This document shows positions 1-10,464 of a stretch of 64,000 nucleotides of DNA, piece after piece. The notes under the pieces are model-generated. The model searched no databases. It saw only the letters and a list, made by a program, of their open reading frames with translations, and was not told where the DNA came from. Positions within the stretch are counted from its first letter, which is position 1. Each line of letters starts with the position of its first letter. The DNA comes from Epsilonproteobacteria bacterium UBA6211 (GTDB lineage: Bacteria > Campylobacterota > Campylobacteria > Campylobacterales > Arcobacteraceae): NCBI GenBank assembly GCA_002421845.1, contig DISL01000037.1, forward strand, positions 17,623 to 81,622, in the 5' to 3' direction. The position numbers were made by a program, and so were the translations under genes.

Positions 1-2
1 TT

Positions 3-494
<492 letters not shown>

Positions 495-500
495 GTAAAA

Positions 501-531
501 TGCTGAGGTACTGAGAAACTGAGGTACTGAG
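501..531 (+). repeat. 8-bp-period tandem array (ACTGAGnn x4)
   Basis: CTGAG at 503, 511, 519, 527. Confidence 0.7.
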
Positions 532-596
532 CAAGAAGAAGAGAAGAAGAAAGTAAAAAAATATAAAATTCGAAGTAAAAGTTTGTTTGAGAGTCA

Positions 597-695
597 GGCG
601 AATTCTTTCGCCACTTTAGGGTTTGCTACTTTAGGATTGATTTATTCAATCCGCTAAAAGTAGTCATAAAATTTAGGTCCCTTTTAAAATGGGAC
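597..695 (+). repeat. Cluster of REP-like hairpins after nifH
   Basis: GGCGAA/TTCGCC; ACTTTAGGATTGA/TCAATCCGCTAAAAGT; GTCCC/GGGAC. Confidence 0.5.
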
Positions 696-714
696 ATTTT
701 ACAAGGAGAAAAAG

Positions 715-1080
715 ATGTTCGTATGTGGATACCACTTTCCTGCTAGTATGGGAAATGATGTAAGTTTTGACAAAGTTATAGAGAAAGTAACTGCTGGTGC
801 TGGTGATTTATCAGGAATAAAAGCTGTTGAAGTAACTGGTGAGACTTCAAAAGGTGAAGTAGTAGAAAAATTTACTGTTGAGCCTGGTTCATTTATGTTT
901 ACTGCTTTAGTTGATTATTATAAAAAAGCTGATGTACCGGAAAAAGACGGTTTCAAAATGATTTATTATACAAATAAATATCAAATCAGTGAAATATCAA
1001 AAACTGTTGACGGAGATGGTACAAAATCTTTCTGTAAAAAGTTTGATGATATGAATCTATATAGAATCAAAGTAGCGTAA
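715..1080 (+). CDS. Hypothetical nif-associated protein between nifH and nifD
   Basis: AAGGAG RBS, 121 aa, codon style like the flanking nif genes; no recognised domain. Confidence 0.85.
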   Translation: MFVCGYHFPASMGNDVSFDKVIEKVTAGAGDLSGIKAVEVTGETSKGEVVEKFTVEPGSFMFTALVDYYKKADVPEKDGFKMIYYTNKYQISEISKTVDGDGTKSFCKKFDDMNLYRIKVA

Positions 1081-1169
1081 AAAGTTAATATTTGTGATAC
1101 TTTTTGACAATTTCTTTGTTGAGATTGCTCAGAAAATACATACAAAATCGAACTTTAGCTTAAATAACG

Positions 1170-1240
1170 GTGAGAAACTAGAAAACTGAGAACTTGAGTA
1201 TTTTACTCAGTCACTCAGTCACTCAGTAGCTTAGTAACTT
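1170..1240 (+). repeat. Inverted 8-bp-period arrays (CTGAG then CTCAG) directly before the nifD RBS
   Basis: ACTCAGTC ACTCAGTC ACTCAGTA GCTTAGTA at 1205-1236; GTGAG/CTGAG/TTGAG units at 1170-1198. Confidence 0.7.
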
Positions 1241-1258
1241 TTAAAAAGGAGTAAACAG

Positions 1259-2722
1259 ATGAATCCAAATTTAGAAAGCTTACAAAAAGAGGTAATACAA
1301 GAAGTTCTTGATAGTTACCCGGAGAAATTGAAAAAAAACAGAGCAAAACACTTAGGTGTTGATAGTCCTGAAACAGGTAAAGGTGCTTGTAGTACTACAA
1401 GAAGCAACAAACAAACAGTACCAGGCGTTATGAGCCAAAGAGGTTGTGCATATGCAGGATCTAAAGGGGTTGTTTGGGGTCCTATAAAAGATATGATTCA
1501 TATCAGTCATGGACCGATAGGTTGTGGACAATATAGTAGAGCCGGAAGAAGAAACTATTATATAGGTACAACAGGTGTTGATACATTTGTTACTATGAAC
1601 TTTTCTACAGATTTTACGGAAAAAGATATTGTTTTCGGTGGAGATAAAAAACTAAAAACAGCTTTAGAAGAATTAGATACATTATTCCCGTTACACAACG
1701 GTATAAGTATCCAAAGTGAATGTCCAATCGGTCTTATCGGTGATGATATTCAAGCAGTTGCTAAAAAACACAACCAAGAAACAGGTGAGCCGGTAATTCC
1801 AGTATCATGTGAAGGTTTTAGAGGTGTTTCTCAATCACTTGGTCACCACTTAGCAAACGACGTAATTAGAGATTATGTATTTAGTGATAATTCATACAAA
1901 AAAGATTTTGAATCAACTCCTTATGATGTAGCAATCATAGGTGATTATAATATCGGTGGGGATGCTTGGAGTTCAAGAATTTTACTAGAAGAAATGGGTC
2001 TTAGAGTAATAGCTCAATGGTCCGGTGATGCTAGTTATAAAGAAATGGCAATAGCTCCAAAAGCAAAATTAAATTTATTACATTGCTATAGATCAATGAA
2101 CTACATAGCAAGACATATGGAACAAGAATACAATATTCCATGGATTGAATATAACTTCTTTGGACCAAGCAAAACAACTGAAAGTTTAAGAAAAATTGCA
2201 GCTCAATTTGATGAGACTATTCAAGCAAAATGCGAAGAGGTAATAGCAAAATATCAACCGATGGTAGATGCAGTTATCGCAAAATATAGACCAAGACTTG
2301 AGGGTAAAAAAGTAATGTTATATGTTGGAGGTCTTAGACCAAGACACGTAATAGGTGCTTATGAAGACTTAGGTATGGAAATAATCGGAACAGGATATGA
2401 GTTCGCCCACGGTGATGATTATCAAAGAACAAAAGAAGATTTAGGTAGAAGTACGCTTATTTACGATGACGTAAATGAATACGAGCTTGAAGCTTTTGTT
2501 AAAAAATTACAACCTGATCTTGTTGCAAGTGGTGTAAAAGAGAAATATGTATTCCAAAAAATGGGATTACCATTTAGACAAATGCACTCTTGGGATTATA
2601 GTGGTCCTTATCATGGATATGATGCTTTTGCAATTTTCGCAAAAGATATGGATTTGGCTTTAACTTCTCCTGTATGGGCTCACAGTAAAGCTCCATGGGA
2701 AAAAACGGCAGAGGCGGTGTGA
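1259..2722 (+). CDS. nifD: Nitrogenase MoFe protein alpha chain
   Basis: [21 protein letters not shown] (FeMo-co Cys), [13 protein letters not shown] (His ligand). Confidence 0.99.
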   Translation: MNPNLESLQKEVIQEVLDSYPEKLKKNRAKHLGVDSPETGKGACSTTRSNKQTVPGVMSQRGCAYAGSKGVVWGPIKDMIHISHGPIGCGQYSRAGRRNYYIGTTGVDTFVTMNFSTDFTEKDIVFGGDKKLKTALEELDTLFPLHNGISIQSECPIGLIGDDIQAVAKKHNQETGEPVIPVSCEGFRGVSQSLGHHLANDVIRDYVFSDNSYKKDFESTPYDVAIIGDYNIGGDAWSSRILLEEMGLRVIAQWSGDASYKEMAIAPKAKLNLLHCYRSMNYIARHMEQEYNIPWIEYNFFGPSKTTESLRKIAAQFDETIQAKCEEVIAKYQPMVDAVIAKYRPRLEGKKVMLYVGGLRPRHVIGAYEDLGMEIIGTGYEFAHGDDYQRTKEDLGRSTLIYDDVNEYELEAFVKKLQPDLVASGVKEKYVFQKMGLPFRQMHSWDYSGPYHGYDAFAIFAKDMDLALTSPVWAHSKAPWEKTAEAV

Positions 2723-2723
2723 T

Positions 2724-4271
2724 ATGCAAAATGTAGAAAAAATAGTAAACGGACAAAAACTTTTCCAAAAACCTGAATATCAAGAAGTTTTGGAAAATAA
2801 AAAACAATTTGAAAGCTCTGTCGGTGCTTCTAATCCTGCTAAAGTTGCTGAAGTTGCCGAGTGGATGAAAGGGTGGGATTATAGAGAAAAAAATCTAGCT
2901 CGTGAAGCTATCACTGTAAATCCTGCAAAAGCTTGTCAGCCTTTAGGTGCTGTTATGGCTGCACTTGGTTTTGAAAACACTATGCCTTATGTTCATGGAA
3001 GTCATGGTTGTGTTGCTTACTTTAGAAGTTATTTTACAAGACACTTCAAAGAGCCAACACCTTGCGTATCTGACTCTATGAGTGAAAGTGCTGCGGTTTT
3101 CGGAGGGCTATCAAATATGAAAGAGGGATTACTTAACTGTAAAGTTATGTACAAACCTGATATGATAGCTGTATCAACTACTTGTATGGCAGAAGTTATC
3201 GGTGATGACTTACATGCATTTACAATAGGTGCACGTGCTGAAGCAAACGGTGAGCTAGATGATACACTTATCCCATCGGCTCATACTCCATCATTCGTAG
3301 GTAGCCATATAACCGGTTATGATAATATGATGAGAAGTATTTTGGAACAAACCGTACCTGAAAATACTGAAAAAGTTGTTGACAAAGAAAGAATCAACAT
3401 CATCCCTGGTTTTGAACCATATATCGGAAGTTTGAGAGAAGTTAAAAAAATAGCTTCAATGTTTAGTGATAAAATAGTAATGATAGGCGACCATGCAGAC
3501 CAATGGGATACACCAGCTGGTGAATACCAAATGTTTAGCGGTGGAACAAGTCTTGAAGATCTTAAAACATCAAGAAACGCTGGAACAAGTATCAGCTTAC
3601 AAAAATATTCAACTATAAACACAGGTAAATTACTAAAAAATATCTGGAAACAAAAATATCTTACACTTAACCCAATCGGTTTGAGCGGTACAGATGAGTT
3701 TGTAATGGCTTTGAGTGAATTAACAGGCAAAGAAGTTCCAGCTGAGCTAAAACTTCAAAGAGGAAGATTAGTAGATGCAATGCAAGATAGCTATCCGTAT
3801 ATGCACGGTAAAAAATTCGCTATCTGGGGTGACCCTGATTTCTTACTAGGTGTGGTTTCATTCTTAGTTGAAATGGGTGCAGAGCCTACTCATGTACTTT
3901 GCCACAATGCACCGAAAAAAGGTTGGGAAGAGGATATGAAAGCAATCCTTGCTAAATCTCCGGCTGCTGCATCTTGCCAAATATGGGCAGGAAAAGACCT
4001 TTGGGCATTAAGAAGTATATTGTTTACTGAACCGGTTGATTTTATGATTGGAAATGTTTACGGTAAAGAACTATACAGAGATACAGGAATACCTTTGATT
4101 AGAATAGGTTTCCCGATATTCGATAGACACCATTTACATAGATACTCTATCAGTGGATATGAGGGTGCATTAAATCTTCTAACATGGATTACAAATGCAG
4201 TTCTTGATCAACTTGATGAAGAGACAAAACACATAGCTCAAACTGACTACTTCTTCGATTGTGTTAGATAG
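2724..4271 (+). CDS. nifK: Nitrogenase MoFe protein beta chain
   Basis: NPAKACQPLGA, HGSHGCVAYFR, TTCMAEVIGDD, GFPIFDRHH. Confidence 0.99.
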   Translation: MQNVEKIVNGQKLFQKPEYQEVLENKKQFESSVGASNPAKVAEVAEWMKGWDYREKNLAREAITVNPAKACQPLGAVMAALGFENTMPYVHGSHGCVAYFRSYFTRHFKEPTPCVSDSMSESAAVFGGLSNMKEGLLNCKVMYKPDMIAVSTTCMAEVIGDDLHAFTIGARAEANGELDDTLIPSAHTPSFVGSHITGYDNMMRSILEQTVPENTEKVVDKERINIIPGFEPYIGSLREVKKIASMFSDKIVMIGDHADQWDTPAGEYQMFSGGTSLEDLKTSRNAGTSISLQKYSTINTGKLLKNIWKQKYLTLNPIGLSGTDEFVMALSELTGKEVPAELKLQRGRLVDAMQDSYPYMHGKKFAIWGDPDFLLGVVSFLVEMGAEPTHVLCHNAPKKGWEEDMKAILAKSPAAASCQIWAGKDLWALRSILFTEPVDFMIGNVYGKELYRDTGIPLIRIGFPIFDRHHLHRYSISGYEGALNLLTWITNAVLDQLDEETKHIAQTDYFFDCVR

Positions 4272-4296
4272 TATTTAATACATTCGCTTCTTACGG

Positions 4297-4320
4297 GAAA
4301 AGGCTTTTAGCCTTTTCTTT
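4297..4320. terminator. Intrinsic terminator after nifK (possibly bidirectional)
   Basis: GAAAAGGCT-TTT-AGCCTTTTC followed by T residues. Confidence 0.7.
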
Positions 4321-4333
4321 GTCTATTTATATT

Positions 4334-4618
4334 TCAAACCATCTCCATAAGTACTTCAGGATGATTGTTCGCTACATTTAAGAGTACTTTTGCAGGACCT
4401 TCAGGCTGTCTTCTTCCTTGTTCCCAATTTCTTAGTGTATGAACACTGATATTCATAAGTGTTGCAAATTGTTCTTGTGAAAGGGACATTTTTGTTCTTA
4501 TTTCTTTTGGGTTGGGCTCTTTTATATAAAATCTTCTACTAGGTTTGGCTTGACCTTTCATAATCTTTTTTGCTTCTTTAATACTTTCGACTAATTCATC
4601 AAACATCTGTTTTTCCAT
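4334..4618 (-). CDS. HTH XRE antitoxin (HigA-2/NadS-like)
   Basis: LSQEQFATLMNISVHTLRNWEQGRRQPEGPA; downstream of a RelE-like gene. Confidence 0.9.
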   Translation of the reverse strand: MEKQMFDELVESIKEAKKIMKGQAKPSRRFYIKEPNPKEIRTKMSLSQEQFATLMNISVHTLRNWEQGRRQPEGPAKVLLNVANNHPEVLMEMV

Positions 4619-4622
4619 CTTA

Positions 4623-4931
4623 TTACCCCTTGATTAAACTTTTTAATATAGACAATTCTTCATCATTTAGATTGTCTTTTTTGGTTTTTGTGTAAACATA
4701 TAGCATATATAAAGTGTGCTTGTTCTCATAGTAGTAATAGATATTTCTTATACCACCACTTTTGCCACTATTTTTTAATTTCCATCTTAGTTTTCTTAGT
4801 CCACCAGATTTTGGTATTATATCACCACTTTGTGGATGTTCCACTAAAAAACTTTGAAGTTCTTTATATTCCTCATCACTTAGTAATTCAGTTATATATT
4901 TCGTGTAAATCGAAGTTTCTATAATTTCCAT
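4623..4931 (-). CDS. HigB-2/RelE family toxin
   Basis: GDIIPKSGGLRKLRW..GKSGGIRNIYY; start revised to ATG 4931. Confidence 0.9.
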   Translation of the reverse strand: MEIIETSIYTKYITELLSDEEYKELQSFLVEHPQSGDIIPKSGGLRKLRWKLKNSGKSGGIRNIYYYYENKHTLYMLYVYTKTKKDNLNDEELSILKSLIKG

Positions 4932-5103
4932 TGTGATTATATCCTTTTTGACACTATAAGTCAATGACTTACTCATGTTTTATTTAATGTATATTATCAT
5001 TATTCTATAATAACTTTAAAAAATATTACATATTGCAATATTTTTAAGTATCAATCTATTTTTATGTTAAAGTTTTTAATCAACTAAATACAAGGTGGAT
5101 ACA

Positions 5104-5456
5104 ATGAATGACATATCGAATATTGTGGTTTATAATGATGGGGAGTTGGAGTTAAAAGTTTCGGTTGAAAGAGATAGTGTTTGGTTAAGTGCTGATGAAA
5201 TTGCATATATTTTTAATGTCAATAGACCAGCTATTGTTAAACATATTTGGAATATTTATAAAGATGATGAATTGGAACAAAATTCAACTTGTTCCATTTT
5301 GGAACAGGTTGCAAAAGATGGTAAAATAAGAAAAATAAATTTCTACAATCTTGATATGATAATTTCTGTTGGTTACTTAAAGACCTTGGTAAAAAATGGT
5401 TCGCATTTTCAAAGATGAATTTCATTGCAAATGAGTTGATTGAGAAGATAGTATAA
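5104..5456 (+). pseudogene. RhuM-like gene remnant with an internal deletion and frameshift
   Basis: N-terminal RhuM-like segment ends at LDMIISVGY; the family-type C-terminus LKDLGKKWFAFSKM follows in another frame (5376-5456). Confidence 0.7.
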
Positions 5457-5488
5457 AGAGGTCATACTCTGACCCCTTTATACTTGCA

Positions 5489-8038
5489 TCAGCTTATAAA
5501 AGTATCGCTTAGTTTTTCAAGATTTAGGATTGTTAGGAGTTTTTTATTTTCTTCTTGATTATCCAGTATTACGATACTTTGTATCAAAGTTCCACCGCTT
5601 ATGAAATGGTTTTCTATCGGTTTTATTTTGTTTGAATCGACTTCATTTATATTTCCGAGGCGATTTACCAAGATACCCACATAGTGTTTTTGGACTGCAT
5701 TTTTGTATTTGATGATAACTATATCGCTATATGCTTCATCGTTGTATTCGTGGATAAGGGATTTTATATCAAGGACGCTTACTGCATTGTCTTTGTATAT
5801 CACCGTACCTTTGAAAATAGAGTTTTGATCCAAATCTATAGAGTGTTCAAGTTGTTTGACGCTTACTGTTTCTACTATGTCGCTTGTATGTACTCCTAGC
5901 CATTTTTCACCCACATAAAACGACCCTATTTCAGCCGTATCCGTAGTGGTTGCAAGGGATTCTATTTTGAATCCGTTTACCGTTTTTGCAATAGGTAAGT
6001 TTGCTTGTGAAATATAAGAAAAATAAAAAGCAAAAACATCGTTTTTGTATTTGTCGCTTGAGCTTTTGTATTCTCTATACCCTTTTGAGCAAGTGACCCC
6101 TATGGCATAGTATTTGTCGTCAAAGGTAACTATTTGGCTGTATGATTCACCGTTTTTTAGTGCAAAAAATTTATCTTCTAGTTGTAGATATTCACCTATA
6201 TTTAAGGCTTCGTTTGTAGAGGAGATGATTTTTTTCTCACGTGACGTAAATACCGCAAAAGATTCTTGGCTTGAATTTTTCGGTAAAGAGTCGTTTAGAA
6301 TATCAAAAAACTCTTTTGTGGAGTTAAATACTATACCGATACCTCCGACTGCTTTGTCGCCTTCGTACTCTTTGATGAGAGCATTGTAGATATATGTCGA
6401 TTCACCGCCGTAAAACTGTGTAGGCTCAAAGCTACTGACGCAATAATAACTTGTGTTTTTGAGTCTTAATGTTTCATCTACCCATTCGTTTGATACTTTT
6501 TTGCCTACTAAGTGAGTTTGACTTTTGTCTGATACTGCTTGAATGATACCGTTTCTATCGTATATGAAAAGGTTGGTATAAACAGTATAAAGGTTGTTGA
6601 TATAAGATAGTATATCTCCCATTCTTGTTTTTTGTTCAGTTGATATTTCACTTGAAGTTAGTATCTCTCTAAACTCTTTCGTTAAAGCCCACCATCTACA
6701 ATCATTTGCTCTTTCATACAAGTTTCTATCCATAATATCTATCATAAGTGATGAAATAGATGTGGTGTTGTTTAAAATCATCATTTGTGTAAGATTTGAT
6801 ATGGATTTGCTAAATACATCTTTAGTCAAAGCACCGATTCTTCCCACCTCACTAAATAATAGCCTTGTAAAATCTTTGTTTGCATTATCTGTTTTGGATT
6901 GAGCTATATTGCCGTTCCAAAGTGCTCTGTTTAGGTCTTCTTGTATGAAGTTAGCCTCTTTTGGAATCATTTTCAAATCGTTTGTGAAGTCTTTGCCGTT
7001 TTGTAAAATAGCCAAAATCATCTCTTCATCTATCCCTATATCTTTTGCCTCTTCAAGTTTAAAAGCATGTTCTAGCGGAATCATAATATGACCGTACCAT
7101 CCCATACCTTTGAACCCTTGATAGCCGTTTGTGATGGAGGTTTTTGCTAGATAATCCCTACCTCCGAAAGATACTATTTTGTATGGAACATCTAGTACAA
7201 GCTCCAAAGTAGCACCTACCGGAATATGGTAAATATCGCTTGAAGAGATTACCGTACCGCTTCTATCAAGTAAAGTCAAGCACTCTTTATTTTCTTTTGA
7301 AACAAGGTTTTTGTATATACCTCTCATCTCGTCGCTAAATCTAAAACAAAGTGCAAGTACCGCGATAACAGGTGAGTTTTTGTCGTTTGTTTGAGTCACT
7401 TTGTACGCATAAACTAAAGTTTTGTTGTACGCAGGTGTGAAATCATGGTGTTTGTAGCTCTCTATAAAGTCTTCTTGCGTATTAACCACCAAATCTATAA
7501 TAGAGTCTTTTGACTGGGTAAGATTGTGAGAATCATCAAGATTCATCAAAATAGTCCCTTTTGTATTCATCAGTACCACATCAAAATAGACGCTGTATTT
7601 TGCTACGTATTCTCTTATATGGTTTTTGATATTTTTAGAGTAGTTTTCAAAATTTTCATCATATTTTGATTTTGTATTTATTACAAATTCCCTTAATGTA
7701 TCATCTGTAGCAAGAAATCCTATGTCTGCTGTTCTTTCATACAAGTTTCTTATAAGTACGTCTATAGCAACTTGAGATTTCATCTGCATTTGACGTGCAG
7801 TTTTATTTAGTGTTTCTTGTGCTAAGTGTCCAAGAAGTTTTGATGTAAGTGCCGAAAATTGGCTTTTTGTGTATGAAAGGTTGGTTTTTGTATTTCCAAA
7901 TTGAGATAAAAACTCCAAATTTTCCCATGTTTTGCTAAGGCTCGTAAGCTCATCTGCATATTCGTTTACGTTTTCCATATATTTAATACTAAGTTGTAAT
8001 TCTGTTGTGATAGACCTGTTTCTTAATATAGAACTCAT
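5489..8038 (-). CDS. Large soluble protein with tandem Cache-like repeats and a C-terminal CheW domain (paralog 1)
   Basis: Repeated RNLYERTAD/RNLYERAND motif; CheW-like C-terminus; no TM segment seen; start revised using the AAGGAG RBS. Confidence 0.8.
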   Translation of the reverse strand: MSSILRNRSITTELQLSIKYMENVNEYADELTSLSKTWENLEFLSQFGNTKTNLSYTKSQFSALTSKLLGHLAQETLNKTARQMQMKSQVAIDVLIRNLYERTADIGFLATDDTLREFVINTKSKYDENFENYSKNIKNHIREYVAKYSVYFDVVLMNTKGTILMNLDDSHNLTQSKDSIIDLVVNTQEDFIESYKHHDFTPAYNKTLVYAYKVTQTNDKNSPVIAVLALCFRFSDEMRGIYKNLVSKENKECLTLLDRSGTVISSSDIYHIPVGATLELVLDVPYKIVSFGGRDYLAKTSITNGYQGFKGMGWYGHIMIPLEHAFKLEEAKDIGIDEEMILAILQNGKDFTNDLKMIPKEANFIQEDLNRALWNGNIAQSKTDNANKDFTRLLFSEVGRIGALTKDVFSKSISNLTQMMILNNTTSISSLMIDIMDRNLYERANDCRWWALTKEFREILTSSEISTEQKTRMGDILSYINNLYTVYTNLFIYDRNGIIQAVSDKSQTHLVGKKVSNEWVDETLRLKNTSYYCVSSFEPTQFYGGESTYIYNALIKEYEGDKAVGGIGIVFNSTKEFFDILNDSLPKNSSQESFAVFTSREKKIISSTNEALNIGEYLQLEDKFFALKNGESYSQIVTFDDKYYAIGVTCSKGYREYKSSSDKYKNDVFAFYFSYISQANLPIAKTVNGFKIESLATTTDTAEIGSFYVGEKWLGVHTSDIVETVSVKQLEHSIDLDQNSIFKGTVIYKDNAVSVLDIKSLIHEYNDEAYSDIVIIKYKNAVQKHYVGILVNRLGNINEVDSNKIKPIENHFISGGTLIQSIVILDNQEENKKLLTILNLEKLSDTFIS

Positions 8039-8211
8039 AGTCACTCCTTTTGTAAAGTTATGGAATTCTATCATTTAATAATCACAGCTAATAATAAATA
8101 TATGTTTAAAAAATATACAGCTATGAAGAATGTAATTTATTTGTAATAATAATGATAAAATTATGATAAGTGGAGTTTATATAATATTTTTGTATAATAC
8201 GAAATTAAAGG

Positions 8212-8970
8212 ATGAAAATGGATATAGGCTTTTTGATAAAGAAATTTATAGGCGGTATGGTAATGCCTATGAGCATTGTATTTTTGTTGGGTGTCATAGG
8301 ACTGTTGTTTTTGTTTATGAAAAGATACAATTATGCAAAAGTTTTTTTGGTTGCTTCTTTTGTGATACTTTTTGTTTTTAGTTACAATCCTATTTCAAAT
8401 GCACTTATATCAAATCTTGAGTATTCAAATAAAGCTTTGGTTCAGATACCAAAAGATATAAAATATATAGCAGTGCTTGGAAGCGGACATAAGAGCGATG
8501 ATAATATAAGTATAATATCACAAATGGATGAATCATCTTTGGCAAGGGTTAGTGAAGGGGTGTTGCTTTATCATAAAATAGGCAATGTAAAACTTATATT
8601 TTCAGGATACAGCGGTGATGACACCGTACCACATGCTTTTATGCAAAAAAAACTCTCTATTGAACTTGGAGTAAATGAAGAAGATATTATTACTTTTGCA
8701 AATCCAAAAGATACTTATGAAGAAGCACTTGCTATCAAAGAACTACTAGGAAATGAGCCTTTTATTTTGGTGACTAGTGCTTTTCATATGAGTAGGGCAC
8801 TTGATACGTTTCATCTAGTGGGGCTATCACCTATACCTGCACCGACTGGGCATAAATCTTCAAATGTGGATTATTTAAAAAGACCAAGTGGCTATGATAT
8901 GCAAAAAAGTGAAGCGGCGGTATGGGAGTATTTGGGACTATTGTTTAACAAACTAAAAAGCCTTATCTAA
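8212..8970 (+). CDS. ElyC/SanA/YdcF (DUF218) family membrane protein
   Basis: Two N-terminal TM segments, VLGSG, DTYEEA, LVTSAFHMSRA. Confidence 0.9.
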   Translation: MKMDIGFLIKKFIGGMVMPMSIVFLLGVIGLLFLFMKRYNYAKVFLVASFVILFVFSYNPISNALISNLEYSNKALVQIPKDIKYIAVLGSGHKSDDNISIISQMDESSLARVSEGVLLYHKIGNVKLIFSGYSGDDTVPHAFMQKKLSIELGVNEEDIITFANPKDTYEEALAIKELLGNEPFILVTSAFHMSRALDTFHLVGLSPIPAPTGHKSSNVDYLKRPSGYDMQKSEAAVWEYLGLLFNKLKSLI

Positions 8971-9630
8971 TCACTTCTCCGGTTGCATAAGCTTGTTGGC
9001 AAAAGGTAACGTAGATAGCAGTTTGATTTTATTTGATGCAATGCCCGATAAAAACATATCAAACATACCGTCATAGAGTTTGTCTTTTATCTCTCCTACA
9101 TCCATAAAACCGTCTATTATAAGGCTAGAAAGCCCATGAAGAGATGACCATATTACGATAGATTGTTCGTATGAGTTTTCTTTTTTTAGTATGCCGTTTG
9201 CTTGACCCTCTTCGATAGCTATTTTCAAAGCACCAAAACCGCTACAATCTTCATCTTTTAAACTTACCAGTCTTTCTCTTGTAATAGCATATTTTTTGCC
9301 AAAAAGTAGTCTATATAGGTTTGGATTGTCGGTTGCAAAGTTGATGTATTCTTTACCTGCAATATAAAATCTATCTATAAGATGTTTGTTTTTATCAAGT
9401 AAAATAGGGGTTACCATGGCATCAAAGTGCTCAAATCCATCTAAAATCATACTCTCTATAAGTGCGTCTTTAGATGCAAAGTGTCGATATATAGCAGACC
9501 TAGACGTTCCTGTAGCATCACCTAGTATTTTTAGGGTGAGGTTATCCACATCATTTTCTTTGATAAAATCAAATGCTATTTTTAAAAGTTCAACTTTAAG
9601 ATTTCCGTGGTGATATTCATTTTTTGTCAT
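8971..9630 (-). CDS. TetR/AcrR family regulator
   Basis: YHHGNLK..SRSAIYRHFASK HTH; WSSLHG C-terminal motif. Confidence 0.92.
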   Translation of the reverse strand: MTKNEYHHGNLKVELLKIAFDFIKENDVDNLTLKILGDATGTSRSAIYRHFASKDALIESMILDGFEHFDAMVTPILLDKNKHLIDRFYIAGKEYINFATDNPNLYRLLFGKKYAITRERLVSLKDEDCSGFGALKIAIEEGQANGILKKENSYEQSIVIWSSLHGLSSLIIDGFMDVGEIKDKLYDGMFDMFLSGIASNKIKLLSTLPFANKLMQPEK

Positions 9631-9654
9631 AAACGTATTATATCATAAAAAAAG

Positions 9655-9695
9655 ATGTTGACATTGTTAACATAATATGTTATCATTGTTAACTT
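9655..9695 (+). promoter_or_regulatory. Two tandem TetR-type operators overlapping a sigma70 promoter
   Basis: ATGTTGACATTGTTAACAT and ATGTTATCATTGTTAACTT; TTGACA-N17-TATCAT. Confidence 0.75.
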
Positions 9696-9714
9696 TAAAA
9701 TACGGAGAAGAAAA

Positions 9715-10464
9715 ATGAAAAAAGTTTTTATGGGTATAATACTCTGTACAACCATGATTTGGGCTAATGAAGCATATGAGATAGCAAAAAAATCTTATGA
9801 TGTTATGTATGGATATAAAAGTTCCATTTCTATGGTTGATATGATTTTGATAAATGCACAAGGTAGTGAAAACCAAAGAAAATTTGAACTCAAAAAACTA
9901 GAAGGTGATGATGGCGATAAATCGCTTTTGACATTTGTATATCCTATAGACGTCAAAGATACCAAGCTTTTGAGCTTTGAACATATCGGCACGGACGATG
10001 ACCAGTGGCTTTATCTTCCTGAGCTTAAAAGAACAAAAAGGATTTTATCAAAAAACAAATCAGGTTCATTTATGGGGAGTGAGTTTAGCTATGAAGATAT
10101 ATCATCACAAAACTACAAAAAATACGATTATATAGCCGAAGTAAAAGAGGAGAATTATGAAGGAACACAGTGTTTTGTAATACAAAGAATCCCTATAGAT
10201 AAAAACTCTGCATATTCAAAACAAATAGTATATGTGGACAAAAAAACATATTTGCCGAAATTCGGAGAATATTTTGATAAACAAAATAAACTCCTAAAAA
10301 AAATATCATTTTTGGAGTATTCAAAACTCTCAAATATCTATAGAGTCCAAAAAATAGATATGTTAAATGTCCAAACAAACAAAAGAACTACCCTGATTTA
10401 TACGGAAGATAAAATAAACCAAAATTTGAGTGAAAATGATTTTTCTCAAAGAGTTTTACAATGA
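9715..10464 (+). CDS. LolA-like outer-membrane lipoprotein-sorting protein
   Basis: Signal peptide; DDQWLYLPELKRTKRI..SFMGSEFSYED. Confidence 0.88.
   Translation: MKKVFMGIILCTTMIWANEAYEIAKKSYDVMYGYKSSISMVDMILINAQGSENQRKFELKKLEGDDGDKSLLTFVYPIDVKDTKLLSFEHIGTDDDQWLYLPELKRTKRILSKNKSGSFMGSEFSYEDISSQNYKKYDYIAEVKEENYEGTQCFVIQRIPIDKNSAYSKQIVYVDKKTYLPKFGEYFDKQNKLLKKISFLEYSKLSNIYRVQKIDMLNVQTNKRTTLIYTEDKINQNLSENDFSQRVLQ

Noticed and set aside
715..1080. nifI/P-II assignment from position
   Set aside because: No P-II motifs (PK..E, GDGKIF, RIRTGE).
1093..1109. NifA UAS upstream of nifD (similar site near 53585)
   Set aside because: Spacing is TGT-N11-ACA, not N10, and there is no clear -24/-12 box downstream.
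1259..4271. Alternative (V/Fe-only) nitrogenase
   Set aside because: Mo-type CYRS and QMHSWDY motifs; no G-subunit gene between D and K.
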